Below, piece after piece: positions 42,551-52,445 of a stretch of 64,000 nt of DNA. The notes below the pieces were generated by a model. The model worked only from the letters and a program-made list of their open reading frames with translations, ran no database searches and had not been told where the DNA came from. Source of the DNA: an uncultured candidate division Zixibacteria bacterium. GTDB lineage: Bacteria; Zixibacteria; MSB-5A5; GN15; PGXB01. The stretch covers positions 1,312,001 through 1,376,000 of the forward strand of contig OY969724.1 of NCBI GenBank assembly GCA_963702205.1, given 5' to 3'. The position numbers and the translations under genes were made by a program. The number at the start of each line of letters is the position of its first letter. The stretch's first letter is position 1.

Positions 42551-43738
42551 GTGATAACAAAAAATATCCGACTTTTCTATGCTCTGGTGGGCTGTCAGGC
42601 GCTGAGCCTCGGTCTGATCTGGCCCGCTTACGTTCTATATTTCCGTCATTATCATGTCACCCTTTTCGAAGTGGCGACCCTGGCGGCGGTATTCGAGGCG
42701 TCGATCATAATTTTCGAACTTCCGACCGGAATCCTGGCCGACCGGCTGGGGCGGAAACTGTCAACGTCGGCTGGTTTTGCCGCCTATGTTCTGTCCGGCG
42801 CGGCGTTTATATTTTTGCAGAATTTCGCGGGATTTCTTCTGGCCGAAGTCTTGTTCGGGCTGGGTGAGTCGCTGATATCCGGGGCGCTTGAAGCGCTCGC
42901 GGTCGATTCGGCCGGGAAGAATTATAATGACAGTTTCGGCAAACGGCTTTTCTCTAACCGGGTCAGAGTAAAAAGCGGGGCGCTTCTGGTCGGGATGCTT
43001 GGCGGTGGTGCGCTGGCGGGCTGGAACCTGTCGGTTTTATTCTATCCTATCACGATTATATTTATGGCGGGTATGTTGTTATCGTTTTTGCTGACCGAGC
43101 CGGAGAGGAAGATTAAAGAGATAGGAACGGAGAATAATAAAAGCAAAAGATCGGTCAAAGAGATTGTTTTTGCCTCCGGTCTGGGGCCGCTGTTCGCGGT
43201 CGGGCTGATGGCCAATTTCGTTTTCGAGGGCCCGGATCAGTTCTGGCAGGTTCAGTTTTCGGAAGTGATGCATATTAATGCTTACTATTTCGGACTTTTG
43301 ACAGCGGCCGGACTCCTGGTGGTGGCGCTTGTCGCCCGGTGGACGGAAAAATTCTATGACCACCTCGGGGCTTTTCTTCTGGCCTGTTTTGCGGTTGCTG
43401 CGGCCGGAGTCTGGGGCGTGGCAACCGGCCGGATTGGCTGGGCCGTGGGGGGGATTATCGGCGTATTTGCAATTAAGGAACTCTTCCAGCCCGCAATATC
43501 ATATAGAATAAATTCCAGGATTAAAAGTGCCAATCGGGCGACGGTTCTCTCCGGATATAATCTGACCTGCTCGGTTGGCGAAGTGGCGGCGGCCTTTCTG
43601 GCGGGGATCATCGCGGCCAGACACGGATTGATCACGGTTTTCCATTTTGCGGCGATCTCGGCTATTTTGGTTCCGATTTTGTATCGCGCTTTCAAACGGA
43701 TTGAAGCGCGGGCGATGCTGATCAAGCCGGATAAATAA
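42551..43738 (+). CDS. MFS transporter
   Basis: 395 aa; ELPTGILADRLGRK motif A, about 12 hydrophobic helices. Confidence 0.88.
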   Translation: MITKNIRLFYALVGCQALSLGLIWPAYVLYFRHYHVTLFEVATLAAVFEASIIIFELPTGILADRLGRKLSTSAGFAAYVLSGAAFIFLQNFAGFLLAEVLFGLGESLISGALEALAVDSAGKNYNDSFGKRLFSNRVRVKSGALLVGMLGGGALAGWNLSVLFYPITIIFMAGMLLSFLLTEPERKIKEIGTENNKSKRSVKEIVFASGLGPLFAVGLMANFVFEGPDQFWQVQFSEVMHINAYYFGLLTAAGLLVVALVARWTEKFYDHLGAFLLACFAVAAAGVWGVATGRIGWAVGGIIGVFAIKELFQPAISYRINSRIKSANRATVLSGYNLTCSVGEVAAAFLAGIIAARHGLITVFHFAAISAILVPILYRAFKRIEARAMLIKPDK

Positions 43739-43854
43739 TTCATGCAATAAGCGCCTTGTGTACATGAGCTTAATAAAAATAGTCAAAAGAATGATATTTC
43801 TTTCCATAAATTGCTTGACATTTGGCCTAAAGCCTGCTTTTTTGTCCGAAAAAT

Positions 43855-43872
43855 TTGTGACTTTTGTCACAA
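43855..43872. promoter_or_regulatory. Rex- or CRP-like operator upstream of nuoA
   Basis: TTGTGA-CTTTTG-TCACAA dyad, downstream of TTGACA (43815-43820) and upstream of the nuoA RBS. Confidence 0.65.
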
Positions 43873-43903
43873 GCGCAACGGGCGGCAGCGAGGTATGAAA
43901 TAG

Positions 43904-44257
43904 ATGGCCGATTATGCGGCAGTGTTAGTCTTCCTTCTTGTAGGCATCGGAATGGTGCTCTTCACATTCTTCCTTTCGCGACTGGTCAGGCCGGCCCATC
44001 CGTACCGGGAAAAGAACCAAAATTATGAATGTGCCGAAAAGCCGGTCGGTGATTCCTGGATTCAGTTCAACAACCGCTTTTATATTTTTGCACTGGTGTT
44101 TGTCGTGTTCGACGTGGAAGTGGTCTTTCTGTATCCGTGGGCGGTGGCTTTCGGCCAGCTGGGCCTGTTTGCATTGATTGAAATGGTCATATTTATCTGC
44201 ATCCTGATGATCGGCCTGGTGTACGCCTGGAAGAAGGGAGTCCTGAAGTGGGTATAA
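43904..44257 (+). CDS. nuoA: Complex I subunit A
   Basis: YEC loop, FVVFDVEVVFLYPWA and YAWKKGVLKW motifs. Confidence 0.95.
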   Translation: MADYAAVLVFLLVGIGMVLFTFFLSRLVRPAHPYREKNQNYECAEKPVGDSWIQFNNRFYIFALVFVVFDVEVVFLYPWAVAFGQLGLFALIEMVIFICILMIGLVYAWKKGVLKWV

Positions 44258-44754
44258 TCAAAAAGCTCCCGGTGTTTCTGGAAAAGGTCCCCGGTGGCGG
44301 GATTGTGACGACGTCACTGGATTATATTTTCAGTCAGTCGCAGGCCAGTTCGCTGTGGTACCTTCTGTTCGGGACGGCCTGCTGTGCTATCGAACTGATG
44401 GCGACCGGGGCCTCGCGATACGATTTCGACCGTCTCGGCATGATTTTCCGTGCCTCACCGCGCCAGTCGGATTTGATTATCGCCGCCGGAACGATCACCA
44501 AAAAAATGGCTCCGAGATTACGGCTGCTGTACGATCAGATGGCCGAGCCGCGCTATGTTATAGCGATGGGCGGATGCACCGTCAAGGGCGGACCGTTCTA
44601 CTACGACAGCTATGCGGTCGAGAAGGGTATCAACCACATAGTCCCGGTCGACGTCTATATCCCCGGCTGCCCGCCGCGTCCGGAATCTTTGATGGAAGGC
44701 TGTTTGACTCTTCAGAAAAAAGTGAAACGTCTCAAAATGCAGGACTGGAGTTAA
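44248..44754 (+). CDS. nuoB: Complex I subunit B
   Basis: ACCAIE, ASPRQSD, MGGC and PGCPPRPE (N2 cluster ligands). Confidence 0.95.
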   Translation: MGIIKKLPVFLEKVPGGGIVTTSLDYIFSQSQASSLWYLLFGTACCAIELMATGASRYDFDRLGMIFRASPRQSDLIIAAGTITKKMAPRLRLLYDQMAEPRYVIAMGGCTVKGGPFYYDSYAVEKGINHIVPVDVYIPGCPPRPESLMEGCLTLQKKVKRLKMQDWS

Positions 44755-44769
44755 GGGAAGATATCGTTC

Positions 44770-45240
44770 ATGGATCGCGAACAGCTTATAAAATATATTC
44801 AGGATAAATTTCAGGGTAAAGTCGAACTTCTGGAATGCGGAAGAGTCGAACCGTTTTTCAAGATAGAACTCGGTTTTCTTAAAGAATTCAGTCTGGCGAT
44901 CAGAGACGATGCCACGCTCGGTATGGATTACCTGTGCAATATCGCGGCGGTCGATACCGGTGAACATTTTGAAGTCGTTTACTCTGTCGCGTCGGTTAAG
45001 AATAAAATTCGTTTTGAATACAAAATATTTTCCGACCGCGAGGATCCCGAAATTAATTCAGTGATCGATATCTGGCCGGGAGCCAATTGGTACGAGCGCG
45101 AAGTCTGGGAGCTGTTCGGCATTAATGTCAAAGATCACCCGATGCTGAAGCGCTTTTTATTGCCCGATGACTGGAACCAGGGGAACCCTATGCGCAAGGA
45201 CTGGGATGCCCCCGATTTTGTAAGGCTGCCAGAAAATTGA
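44770..45240 (+). CDS. nuoC: Complex I subunit C
   Basis: ANWYEREVWELFGI and NPMRKD motifs. Confidence 0.93.
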   Translation: MDREQLIKYIQDKFQGKVELLECGRVEPFFKIELGFLKEFSLAIRDDATLGMDYLCNIAAVDTGEHFEVVYSVASVKNKIRFEYKIFSDREDPEINSVIDIWPGANWYEREVWELFGINVKDHPMLKRFLLPDDWNQGNPMRKDWDAPDFVRLPEN

Positions 45241-46349
45241 GCGAAGTGGATAAATTACAGGCCGAAGAGTTCGTGCTCAATATGGGCCCGCACCATCCAT
45301 CGACACACGGCGTCTGCCGGTTCGTGTTGAAGATGGAAGGGGAGGTCATCAGGGACGTCGAACCGGTCGTCGGTTATCTTCATCGGGCGCTCGAAAAAAT
45401 CTGTGAAAACCGCACCTACGCTCAGATAATTCCGGTCACCGACCGTTTCGAATACTGCACGGCGATGTCATGCAACATGGCTTTCGCCCTGGCCGTGGAA
45501 AAGCTGGCCGAAATGGAAGTCCCCGAACGCGCGCAGTACCTCCGGATTATCATGCTGGAGCTGAACCGTATCGCGTCGCATCTTATCTGGTTCGGGACAA
45601 CCGCGCTCGACCTCGGCGCTATCACGCCGTTCCTGTACGGTTTCCGCGAACGTGAAGATATATTGGACCTGTTCGAGATGACCTGCGGTCAAAGGTTGAC
45701 GTACAATTATATAAGAGTCGGCGGCGTGTCCCGCGACATTCCCGAACCGTTCGTGCCGCGCTGTCGTGAATTCCTCGATAAATTCGATGCCTGTGTCGAT
45801 GACTACGAACGGCTTTTGACGGAAAACGTGATTTTTGTCGTTCGCAATAAAAACATAGGCGTTCTTTCGCCGGAAAAGGCGATTGCGTGGGGCGTGTCCG
45901 GCCCGGCTTTGAGAGCCTCGGGTGTCAAGCACGATCTTCGCCGCGACGACCCCTATTGTATTTATGACCGTTTCGATTTTGAAATTCCAACCTGTCAGAA
46001 TGGTGATTGTTACGACCGATACGTCATCCGTATCAAAGAGATGCGCGAGTCGGCCAAAATTGTCCGTCAGGCTCTGGATCAACTGCCCGAAGGCGACACG
46101 CGCGCCAAAGTCAAGATGTTGTTCAAGCCACCGGCGGGCGAGGTGTACAGCCGGATTGAAAATTCCCGTGGTGAGATGGGTATGTATGTCATATCCGATG
46201 CGTCGACCAAGCCGGTTCGGGTCAAGATGAAGGGCGGGTCGTTCAATCAACTGCAGGTGATGCCGGAAATCGTGCGCGGCCACAAGATTGCCGACCTGGT
46301 GGCGATTATGGCGTCGATGGATGTAATCATGCCGGAGGTTGACCGCTGA
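45237..46349 (+). CDS. nuoD: Complex I subunit D
   Basis: NMGPHHPSTHG, GYLHR, ELNRIASH and EVDR motifs; no NiFe CxxC ligands. Confidence 0.95.
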   Translation: MSEVDKLQAEEFVLNMGPHHPSTHGVCRFVLKMEGEVIRDVEPVVGYLHRALEKICENRTYAQIIPVTDRFEYCTAMSCNMAFALAVEKLAEMEVPERAQYLRIIMLELNRIASHLIWFGTTALDLGAITPFLYGFREREDILDLFEMTCGQRLTYNYIRVGGVSRDIPEPFVPRCREFLDKFDACVDDYERLLTENVIFVVRNKNIGVLSPEKAIAWGVSGPALRASGVKHDLRRDDPYCIYDRFDFEIPTCQNGDCYDRYVIRIKEMRESAKIVRQALDQLPEGDTRAKVKMLFKPPAGEVYSRIENSRGEMGMYVISDASTKPVRVKMKGGSFNQLQVMPEIVRGHKIADLVAIMASMDVIMPEVDR

Positions 46350-47392
46350 TGGAACTGGCCGGGATTTTCAAATATCTGTACGAGCAACTGGTGGCGACCG
46401 GTCTACCGCAGGGATGGGTCGATTTTATTTCCATGGCCGTCGCGGCTGTCATAATTTTCGGATTCCTGTCGGTTTGCGCTTTGTTTTTGGTCTGGTGGGA
46501 GCGAAAGGTCTCGGCGCACATACAACAAAGATTCGGTCCGATGCGCACCGGCTGGCACGGCTGGCGTCAGACTATCGCCGACGCCATCAAGCTTATCCAA
46601 AAAGAGGACATTACGCCGTCGACGGCCGACCGCGCAGTCTTCTTCTGGGCCCCGGTGATCTGCTTCGTGGCCGCTTTCGCGGTGTACGTGGTCATGCCGT
46701 TCGGGAAAGGACTGATCGTGTCCGATCTCAACGTCGGTATTCTTTATATAGTCGCAATTACGAGTTTTACGATCATATCGCTTTTGATGGCCGGATGGGG
46801 TTCCAACAATAAGTACGCCCTGCTGGGCGGGATGCGCTCGGCGGCACAGATCGTAAGTTACGAAGTCCCGATGGTGGTGACGATCTGCTCGGTGGTTTTG
46901 TTCGCCGGATCGCTTTCGATGGTCGACATCGTGCAGTCGCAGGCGCAGATTTATCAATGGTACATATTCCGTCTGCCGTTCGGCCCGATAGCTTTCTTCA
47001 TATATATAATAACCGGCACAGCCGAAACCAACCGCACGCCGTTCGACCTGCCCGAGGCCGAACAGGAACTGGTGGCCGGATTCAATGTCGAATATTCCGG
47101 GATGAAATTTGCCATGTTCTTCCTGGCCGAGTTTGTCAATATGTTCACGGTTTCGGCGATAGCCACGACACTCTTTCTGGGCGGCTGGCAGGGACCGTTT
47201 CTGCCGTCGTGGATGTGGTTTTTGGGCAAAACACTGGTGCTGGTATTCGTTCTTATGTGGTTCCGGTGGACGTACCCGCGCCTCCGCGTCGACCAGCTTA
47301 TGGAATTTTCGTGGAAGTTTTTGCTTCCGTTGGCGTTCGCCAATCTGGTTCTGGCGAGTTTGATGAAATATTCAGGGTGGTTTAACTGGTAA
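46349..47392 (+). CDS. nuoH: Complex I subunit H
   Basis: ERKVSA..QRFGP, NNKYALLGG, AETNRTPFDLPEAE and PRLRVDQ motifs. Confidence 0.96.
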   Translation: MELAGIFKYLYEQLVATGLPQGWVDFISMAVAAVIIFGFLSVCALFLVWWERKVSAHIQQRFGPMRTGWHGWRQTIADAIKLIQKEDITPSTADRAVFFWAPVICFVAAFAVYVVMPFGKGLIVSDLNVGILYIVAITSFTIISLLMAGWGSNNKYALLGGMRSAAQIVSYEVPMVVTICSVVLFAGSLSMVDIVQSQAQIYQWYIFRLPFGPIAFFIYIITGTAETNRTPFDLPEAEQELVAGFNVEYSGMKFAMFFLAEFVNMFTVSAIATTLFLGGWQGPFLPSWMWFLGKTLVLVFVLMWFRWTYPRLRVDQLMEFSWKFLLPLAFANLVLASLMKYSGWFNW

Positions 47393-48024
47393 TGGGTTTG
47401 GTCAAAGACATCAAAAATCTGGTGATCGGTCTGTTTACGACCGGTAAGCATTTGGGTCGGCACGCCATAACGCTGCAGTATCCGACCGAGAAATGGCCTA
47501 TGCCGGAGCGCTCGCGCGGGATTGTCGTGCTGTTATCCGACAAAGAAACCGGCGACCTGAACTGTACCACCTGTTTGCTGTGCATGAAAGCCTGCCCGAC
47601 GGCGGCGATTCAGATAAATTACGACAAGGGTGAAAAGGGCAAAAGGACTTTGAACGACTTCGTGATAGATTTCGGATTGTGCTGCTATTGCGGTCTGTGC
47701 GAGGAATCCTGCAATTTCACGGCCATCAAGATGGACACGATGTACGAATTCTCGACCGAAAACAAGGACGATCTGGTCTGGCACACCGGCAAGCTTCAGG
47801 AGATGGGCCGCAATACACCATATGAACCTCTGCCCAAAAAGAAACCGGTTGAAAAACCGCCGGAAAAGAAAGAAGATGCTCGCGCTGCTAATCCGGAAGA
47901 TGCACAACCTCGGCAAGCCGCAGCAGCGAATGATGACAACAAGTCGGCAGCACCACAACCCAAGGATGGCCCCAGCGACAGTGCCGATACGGATAAGAAA
48001 GAATCCGAGGGGGGGACGGTATGA
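47392..48024 (+). CDS. nuoI: Complex I subunit I with a charged low-complexity C-terminal extension
   Basis: Two ferredoxin motifs, CTTCLLCMKACP and CCYCGLCEESC. Confidence 0.92.
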   Translation: MGLVKDIKNLVIGLFTTGKHLGRHAITLQYPTEKWPMPERSRGIVVLLSDKETGDLNCTTCLLCMKACPTAAIQINYDKGEKGKRTLNDFVIDFGLCCYCGLCEESCNFTAIKMDTMYEFSTENKDDLVWHTGKLQEMGRNTPYEPLPKKKPVEKPPEKKEDARAANPEDAQPRQAAAANDDNKSAAPQPKDGPSDSADTDKKESEGGTV

Positions 48025-48557
48025 CACAATTCATTGACAAGCTTGCGGAGTTTTATAATTTCGTTTATGCGAATCCCCTGTTCTGCCTGCTGAGTTTTAT
48101 AATTATTATCTGCGCCATTTATGTAGTGACATTGAAAAACATATTTCACAGCGCCATCTTTTTGATTTTGACGCTATTTTCGGTCGCGGGAATTTATGTA
48201 TTGCTCGGTGCAGAATTTTTGGCGGCCTCACAGGTGCTCATATACGTCGGGGCAGTGTCGGTTCTTATGATTTTCGCGATAATGCTCACGTCACGGTTGG
48301 CCTCGAAAAAAATCGAGCAGTCCAACGAGCAGGTCCCGACGGCGATATTTATCTGCGCCGGATTTTTGCTTATCTCGCTCGGATCGTTTACCAATACCGT
48401 CTGGCGCATGAGCAAGGAAGTGCTTCCGGAGAAAAATATTTTGACGATCGGCAAGCTCTTGATGACCGATTATGTCCTGCCGTTCGAGGTCGTCTCCATA
48501 GTTCTGCTGGCGGCTTTGATCGGCGCGATTGTTTTGTCCCGAAAGGCGGGCGCATGA
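48021..48557 (+). CDS. nuoJ: Complex I subunit J
   Basis: AEFLAASQVLIYVGAV and PFEVVSIVLL motifs. Confidence 0.93.
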   Translation: MTQFIDKLAEFYNFVYANPLFCLLSFIIIICAIYVVTLKNIFHSAIFLILTLFSVAGIYVLLGAEFLAASQVLIYVGAVSVLMIFAIMLTSRLASKKIEQSNEQVPTAIFICAGFLLISLGSFTNTVWRMSKEVLPEKNILTIGKLLMTDYVLPFEVVSIVLLAALIGAIVLSRKAGA

Positions 48558-48856
48558 TGCTGCAATATTTGGCTCTGGCGGCGATATTGTTCGCCATCGG
48601 TCTGTTCGGTGTCATGACACGCCGTAATTCCATCGGGATATTGATGTCACTGGAATTAATGTTCAACGCAGTCAATATAAACCTGGTCGCCTTCAATAAG
48701 TACATTGGAGCCGACGGCCTGACCGGTCAGATATTCTCGCTGTTCGTGATCGTCATCGCCGCCGCCGAAGCGGTGGTCGGACTGGCGATCGTGCTGCTGT
48801 TGTATCGCAACTGGCGGGGTATCGAAGTGGACCGGATAAATATAATGAAGTGGTAA
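48554..48856 (+). CDS. nuoK: Complex I subunit K
   Basis: ELMFNAVN and AAAEAVVGL motifs. Confidence 0.95.
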   Translation: MMLQYLALAAILFAIGLFGVMTRRNSIGILMSLELMFNAVNINLVAFNKYIGADGLTGQIFSLFVIVIAAAEAVVGLAIVLLLYRNWRGIEVDRINIMKW

Positions 48857-48857
48857 T

Positions 48858-50930
48858 ATGCTGGAAAAAGCCTTTCTCATACCGTTTTATCCTCTGCTTG
48901 GTTTCCTGGTGATTGTATTTTTCACCCGGTGGAAAGAGAAATTGTCGTCGGCCATATCGATCTCGATGATCCTCCTGGCTTTCCTGCATTCCGCCGCCGT
49001 CCTGGTCGCCATGATCGGTCGTCACGGCGAACCGCTTCAGATGGCCTATACGTTTATCGACCATCCGGCTATCAAGCTGGAACTGGGTATGTGGATCGAC
49101 GGTTTGACCGCGGTCATGCTGATGGTCGTGACGATCGTATCGTCGTGCGTGCAGATATATTCGCTCGGTTACATGAAAGACGACCCGCGCTGGAGCCGGT
49201 ACTATTCGTACCTGTCGCTATTCACGTTCTCCATGCTCGGGCTGGTTATTGCCAATAACTTCTTTATGATATTCATCTTCTGGGAACTGGTCGGGTTGAC
49301 GTCGTATTTGCTGATCGGTTTCTGGTTCGAGAAAAAGTCGGCGGCCGACGCCGGTAAAAAAGCTTTTATTACTACCCGTGTAGGCGACCTCGGCTTCATT
49401 GTCGGACTCATGATTTTGGTCGCCTATGCAGGTACTTTAAACTATCAGGAAGTCTTCGCGAAAGTCGCGTCGGGTGCGATCCCGGGCAACATCATTGCAA
49501 TAGCGGGTATTTTAGTGTTCTGCGGGGCGGTCGGTAAATCGGCCCAGTTCCCGCTGCACGTCTGGTTGCCCGACGCCATGGAAGGCCCGACTCCCGTTTC
49601 GGCTTTGATCCACGCCGCGACTATGGTCGCCGCCGGGGTGTACCTCGTGGCGCGCGGTATGACGCTGTTCGCAGGATCATCTACGGCCGCGATGGTGATC
49701 GCCGTGATCGGCGCGGTGACGTCGTTCATGGCGGCGACGATTGCCCTGACCCAGAACGACATCAAGCGGGTCCTGGCTTATTCGACCTGCAGTCAGCTGG
49801 GGTACATGATCATGGCCCTGGGGTTGTACGGCGTCGATCTGGCGCACGACCCGATGACGCATTCGGTGGGGTACTACGCCGGGACGTTCCACCTGATGAC
49901 CCACGCCTTTTTCAAATCTCTGTTATTTTTAGGCGCCGGTTCGGTGATACACGCGGTGCACACCAACGATATCAACGACATGGGCGGGTTGTCGAAAAAG
50001 ATGAAAATCACGACGATGACTTTCTTTATCGCGTCGTTGTCGATCTCGGGGATTTTCCCGTTTTCGGGCTTTTGGTCCAAGGATGAAATTGTTGCGTCGA
50101 CCATCGGACATCCGATATTCATGGCCGTGACGCTTCTGATCGCGTTCATGACCGCTTTCTATATGTTCCGCCTCTGCTTCCTGACTTTCACCGGCGAGCC
50201 GCGCGATCAGCACCGTTTCGAGCACGCCCACGAATCTCCATGGAGTATGACCATTCCGCTTATGGTCCTGGCGTTCTTATCTATCTTCGCCGGTTGGGTG
50301 GGACTGCCCTGGCTTTCTCACGGATTTTCATCGTTCGTGTATCACGGCGAGCACCACGTGCACCATCCCAATTATATAATGATGATTGTCTCGACCATCG
50401 TGGCGGTGTCCGGTATCTGGCTGGCCTACATGATGTATTACAAGAAAGCTATCTCGGCCGATGCTATGGCCGAACGGTTCAAACTGTTGTATAAAATTTC
50501 TTTCAATAAATGGTACTTCGACGAAATTTACGCCGCGATCATTATCAATCCGCTCCTCGGTTTTACCAGAGTGATGTGGTGGTTCGACGCCAACATAATC
50601 GACGGGGTCGTCAACGGCTCCGGCTGGCTGACCATCAAGTGGTCCGATTTGAAAATGTGGTTTGATAAGTACATCATCGACGGTATCGTCAACGGTCTCG
50701 GTTATATATGCCAGGCCGGGTCGTGGGCTTTGAAATTCATCCAGAGTGGTTCGGTTCAGTTTTATACTCTGGTCATGCTCGGCTCGGCGGTGGGATTCGT
50801 GATATACAGGGTGACACCGGAGGGGTTTTATTATTACCTGGCGGGCGTCGTGATTCTGGCGCTGGCCCGTCTGTTGTCGAAAATTTCCCAGGCCAACCGG
50901 CTCAAAACGGAACCGAATATCGAAGGGTAG
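48858..50930 (+). CDS. nuoL: Complex I subunit L
   Basis: WELVGLTSYLLIGFW, KSAQFPLHVWLPDAMEGPTPVSALIH and THAFFK motifs. Confidence 0.96.
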   Translation: MLEKAFLIPFYPLLGFLVIVFFTRWKEKLSSAISISMILLAFLHSAAVLVAMIGRHGEPLQMAYTFIDHPAIKLELGMWIDGLTAVMLMVVTIVSSCVQIYSLGYMKDDPRWSRYYSYLSLFTFSMLGLVIANNFFMIFIFWELVGLTSYLLIGFWFEKKSAADAGKKAFITTRVGDLGFIVGLMILVAYAGTLNYQEVFAKVASGAIPGNIIAIAGILVFCGAVGKSAQFPLHVWLPDAMEGPTPVSALIHAATMVAAGVYLVARGMTLFAGSSTAAMVIAVIGAVTSFMAATIALTQNDIKRVLAYSTCSQLGYMIMALGLYGVDLAHDPMTHSVGYYAGTFHLMTHAFFKSLLFLGAGSVIHAVHTNDINDMGGLSKKMKITTMTFFIASLSISGIFPFSGFWSKDEIVASTIGHPIFMAVTLLIAFMTAFYMFRLCFLTFTGEPRDQHRFEHAHESPWSMTIPLMVLAFLSIFAGWVGLPWLSHGFSSFVYHGEHHVHHPNYIMMIVSTIVAVSGIWLAYMMYYKKAISADAMAERFKLLYKISFNKWYFDEIYAAIIINPLLGFTRVMWWFDANIIDGVVNGSGWLTIKWSDLKMWFDKYIIDGIVNGLGYICQAGSWALKFIQSGSVQFYTLVMLGSAVGFVIYRVTPEGFYYYLAGVVILALARLLSKISQANRLKTEPNIEG

Positions 50931-50947
50931 GAGGATAATATACGCTT

Positions 50948-52441
50948 ATGTATGAATATGTGCTCAGTTCACTGATCTTTATCCCGCTGACCGGATTTCT
51001 CGTGGTCATGTTTCTTCCCAAAGAAAACTTCGGACTGATCCGATGGACATCGGCGTTGTTCTCTTTCGTCCCATTCGTTATTTCCGCCTGGTTGACCTAC
51101 GATTATTTCGTCGTGCATTCGTCATCGGCGGCGATGGTTTATGTCGAGGGACCGTTCGCGTGGATTCCGGTCTTAAATGCCCAGTATTTTCTTGGGGTCG
51201 ACGGTATTTCGGTGCCGATGTTGTTTTTGACCGGGCTTCTGGGATTTCTTTCGATTTTGGCTTCCTTTAATATAGTCAAGCGGGTTAAAGAATATTTCGC
51301 GTTCTTCCTGCTGTTGATTGCGGGCATGATGGGTGTCTTCTGCGCCCTCGATTTCTTCCTATTTTACGTTTTCTGGGAAGTCATGCTGGTCCCGATGTAT
51401 TTCCTGATCGGCATCTGGGGTGGTCCGCGAAAGGAATACGCCGCGATCAAGTTCTTCCTGTATACGCTGTTCGGTTCGATATTTATGCTGGTGTCGATCC
51501 TGGTTCTGTATTTCACCAGCGAGCCGCACACGCTTAACATGTTGACCCTGATTCAGACTGCCCCCGCTTTCAGTCATTCGCTGCAGATTATGTGCTTCGT
51601 GTTCTTCTTTATAGCATTTGCGATCAAGGTTCCGGTCTGGCCGTTCCATACATGGTTGCCCGACGCGCACGTCGAAGCGCCCACGGCCGTATCGGTCATC
51701 CTGGCCGGTGTGCTCCTTAAGATGGGGACATACGGTATGCTGAGAATTTCGTGGCCGATGTTTCCCGAGGCGACAAGGTATTTTTCGATACCGATAGCGA
51801 TATTGGGATTAATTGCCATCATATATGGCGCACTGGTTTCGATGGCCCAGAAGGACCTCAAGAAGCTGGTGGCGTATTCCTCGGTGTCGCACATGGGTTA
51901 CTGCATGCTGGCGCTGGGGGCGTTCAGTTCGGTGACGGCCATAACCGGGTGCATGTTCCAGATGATCAGCCACGGTTTGATCACGGGCGCGTTGTTCCTT
52001 CTGGTCGGCGTGCTTTATGACCGGGCTCACACCCGTGAAATCGCCGCGTTCGGCGGGCTGGGCGTGAAACTGCCGGTATACACGGGACTGATGGTGCTCT
52101 TTTCGATGGCCTCGCTCGGTTTGCCGGGGATGTCGGGCTTTGTTTCGGAATTCATGGTGTTTATCGGTTCGTTCAGCCAGCCCGGCTTCATGATTATCAC
52201 GGCCCTGGCCGTCCTCGGTGTGGTCCTTACGGCGGCGTACATGCTGCGTATGGTGCAGCGTATGTTTCTCGGTGAATTTAATCTCGCCAAATGGGGTGGG
52301 CTGAAAGAGATAGGTCTCCGAGAGATTCTCACGGTTGCCCCGCTGGGCCTATTGACCATAGTCATAGGTGTTTACCCTGCACCGCTTTCGAATATGCTGC
52401 GGGCGACGCTGGAAAACCTCGTTAACCTGATGGCGCGTTAA
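50948..52441 (+). CDS. nuoM: Complex I subunit M
   Basis: FWEVMLVPMY, KVPVWPFHTWLPDAHVEAP and AYSSVSHMG motifs. Confidence 0.96.
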   Translation: MYEYVLSSLIFIPLTGFLVVMFLPKENFGLIRWTSALFSFVPFVISAWLTYDYFVVHSSSAAMVYVEGPFAWIPVLNAQYFLGVDGISVPMLFLTGLLGFLSILASFNIVKRVKEYFAFFLLLIAGMMGVFCALDFFLFYVFWEVMLVPMYFLIGIWGGPRKEYAAIKFFLYTLFGSIFMLVSILVLYFTSEPHTLNMLTLIQTAPAFSHSLQIMCFVFFFIAFAIKVPVWPFHTWLPDAHVEAPTAVSVILAGVLLKMGTYGMLRISWPMFPEATRYFSIPIAILGLIAIIYGALVSMAQKDLKKLVAYSSVSHMGYCMLALGAFSSVTAITGCMFQMISHGLITGALFLLVGVLYDRAHTREIAAFGGLGVKLPVYTGLMVLFSMASLGLPGMSGFVSEFMVFIGSFSQPGFMIITALAVLGVVLTAAYMLRMVQRMFLGEFNLAKWGGLKEIGLREILTVAPLGLLTIVIGVYPAPLSNMLRATLENLVNLMAR

Positions 52442-52445
52442 TTAC

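Noticed and set aside
45237..46349. Group 4 NiFe hydrogenase large subunit
   Set aside because: No CxxC nickel ligands; quinone-site His and Tyr motifs of NuoD are present
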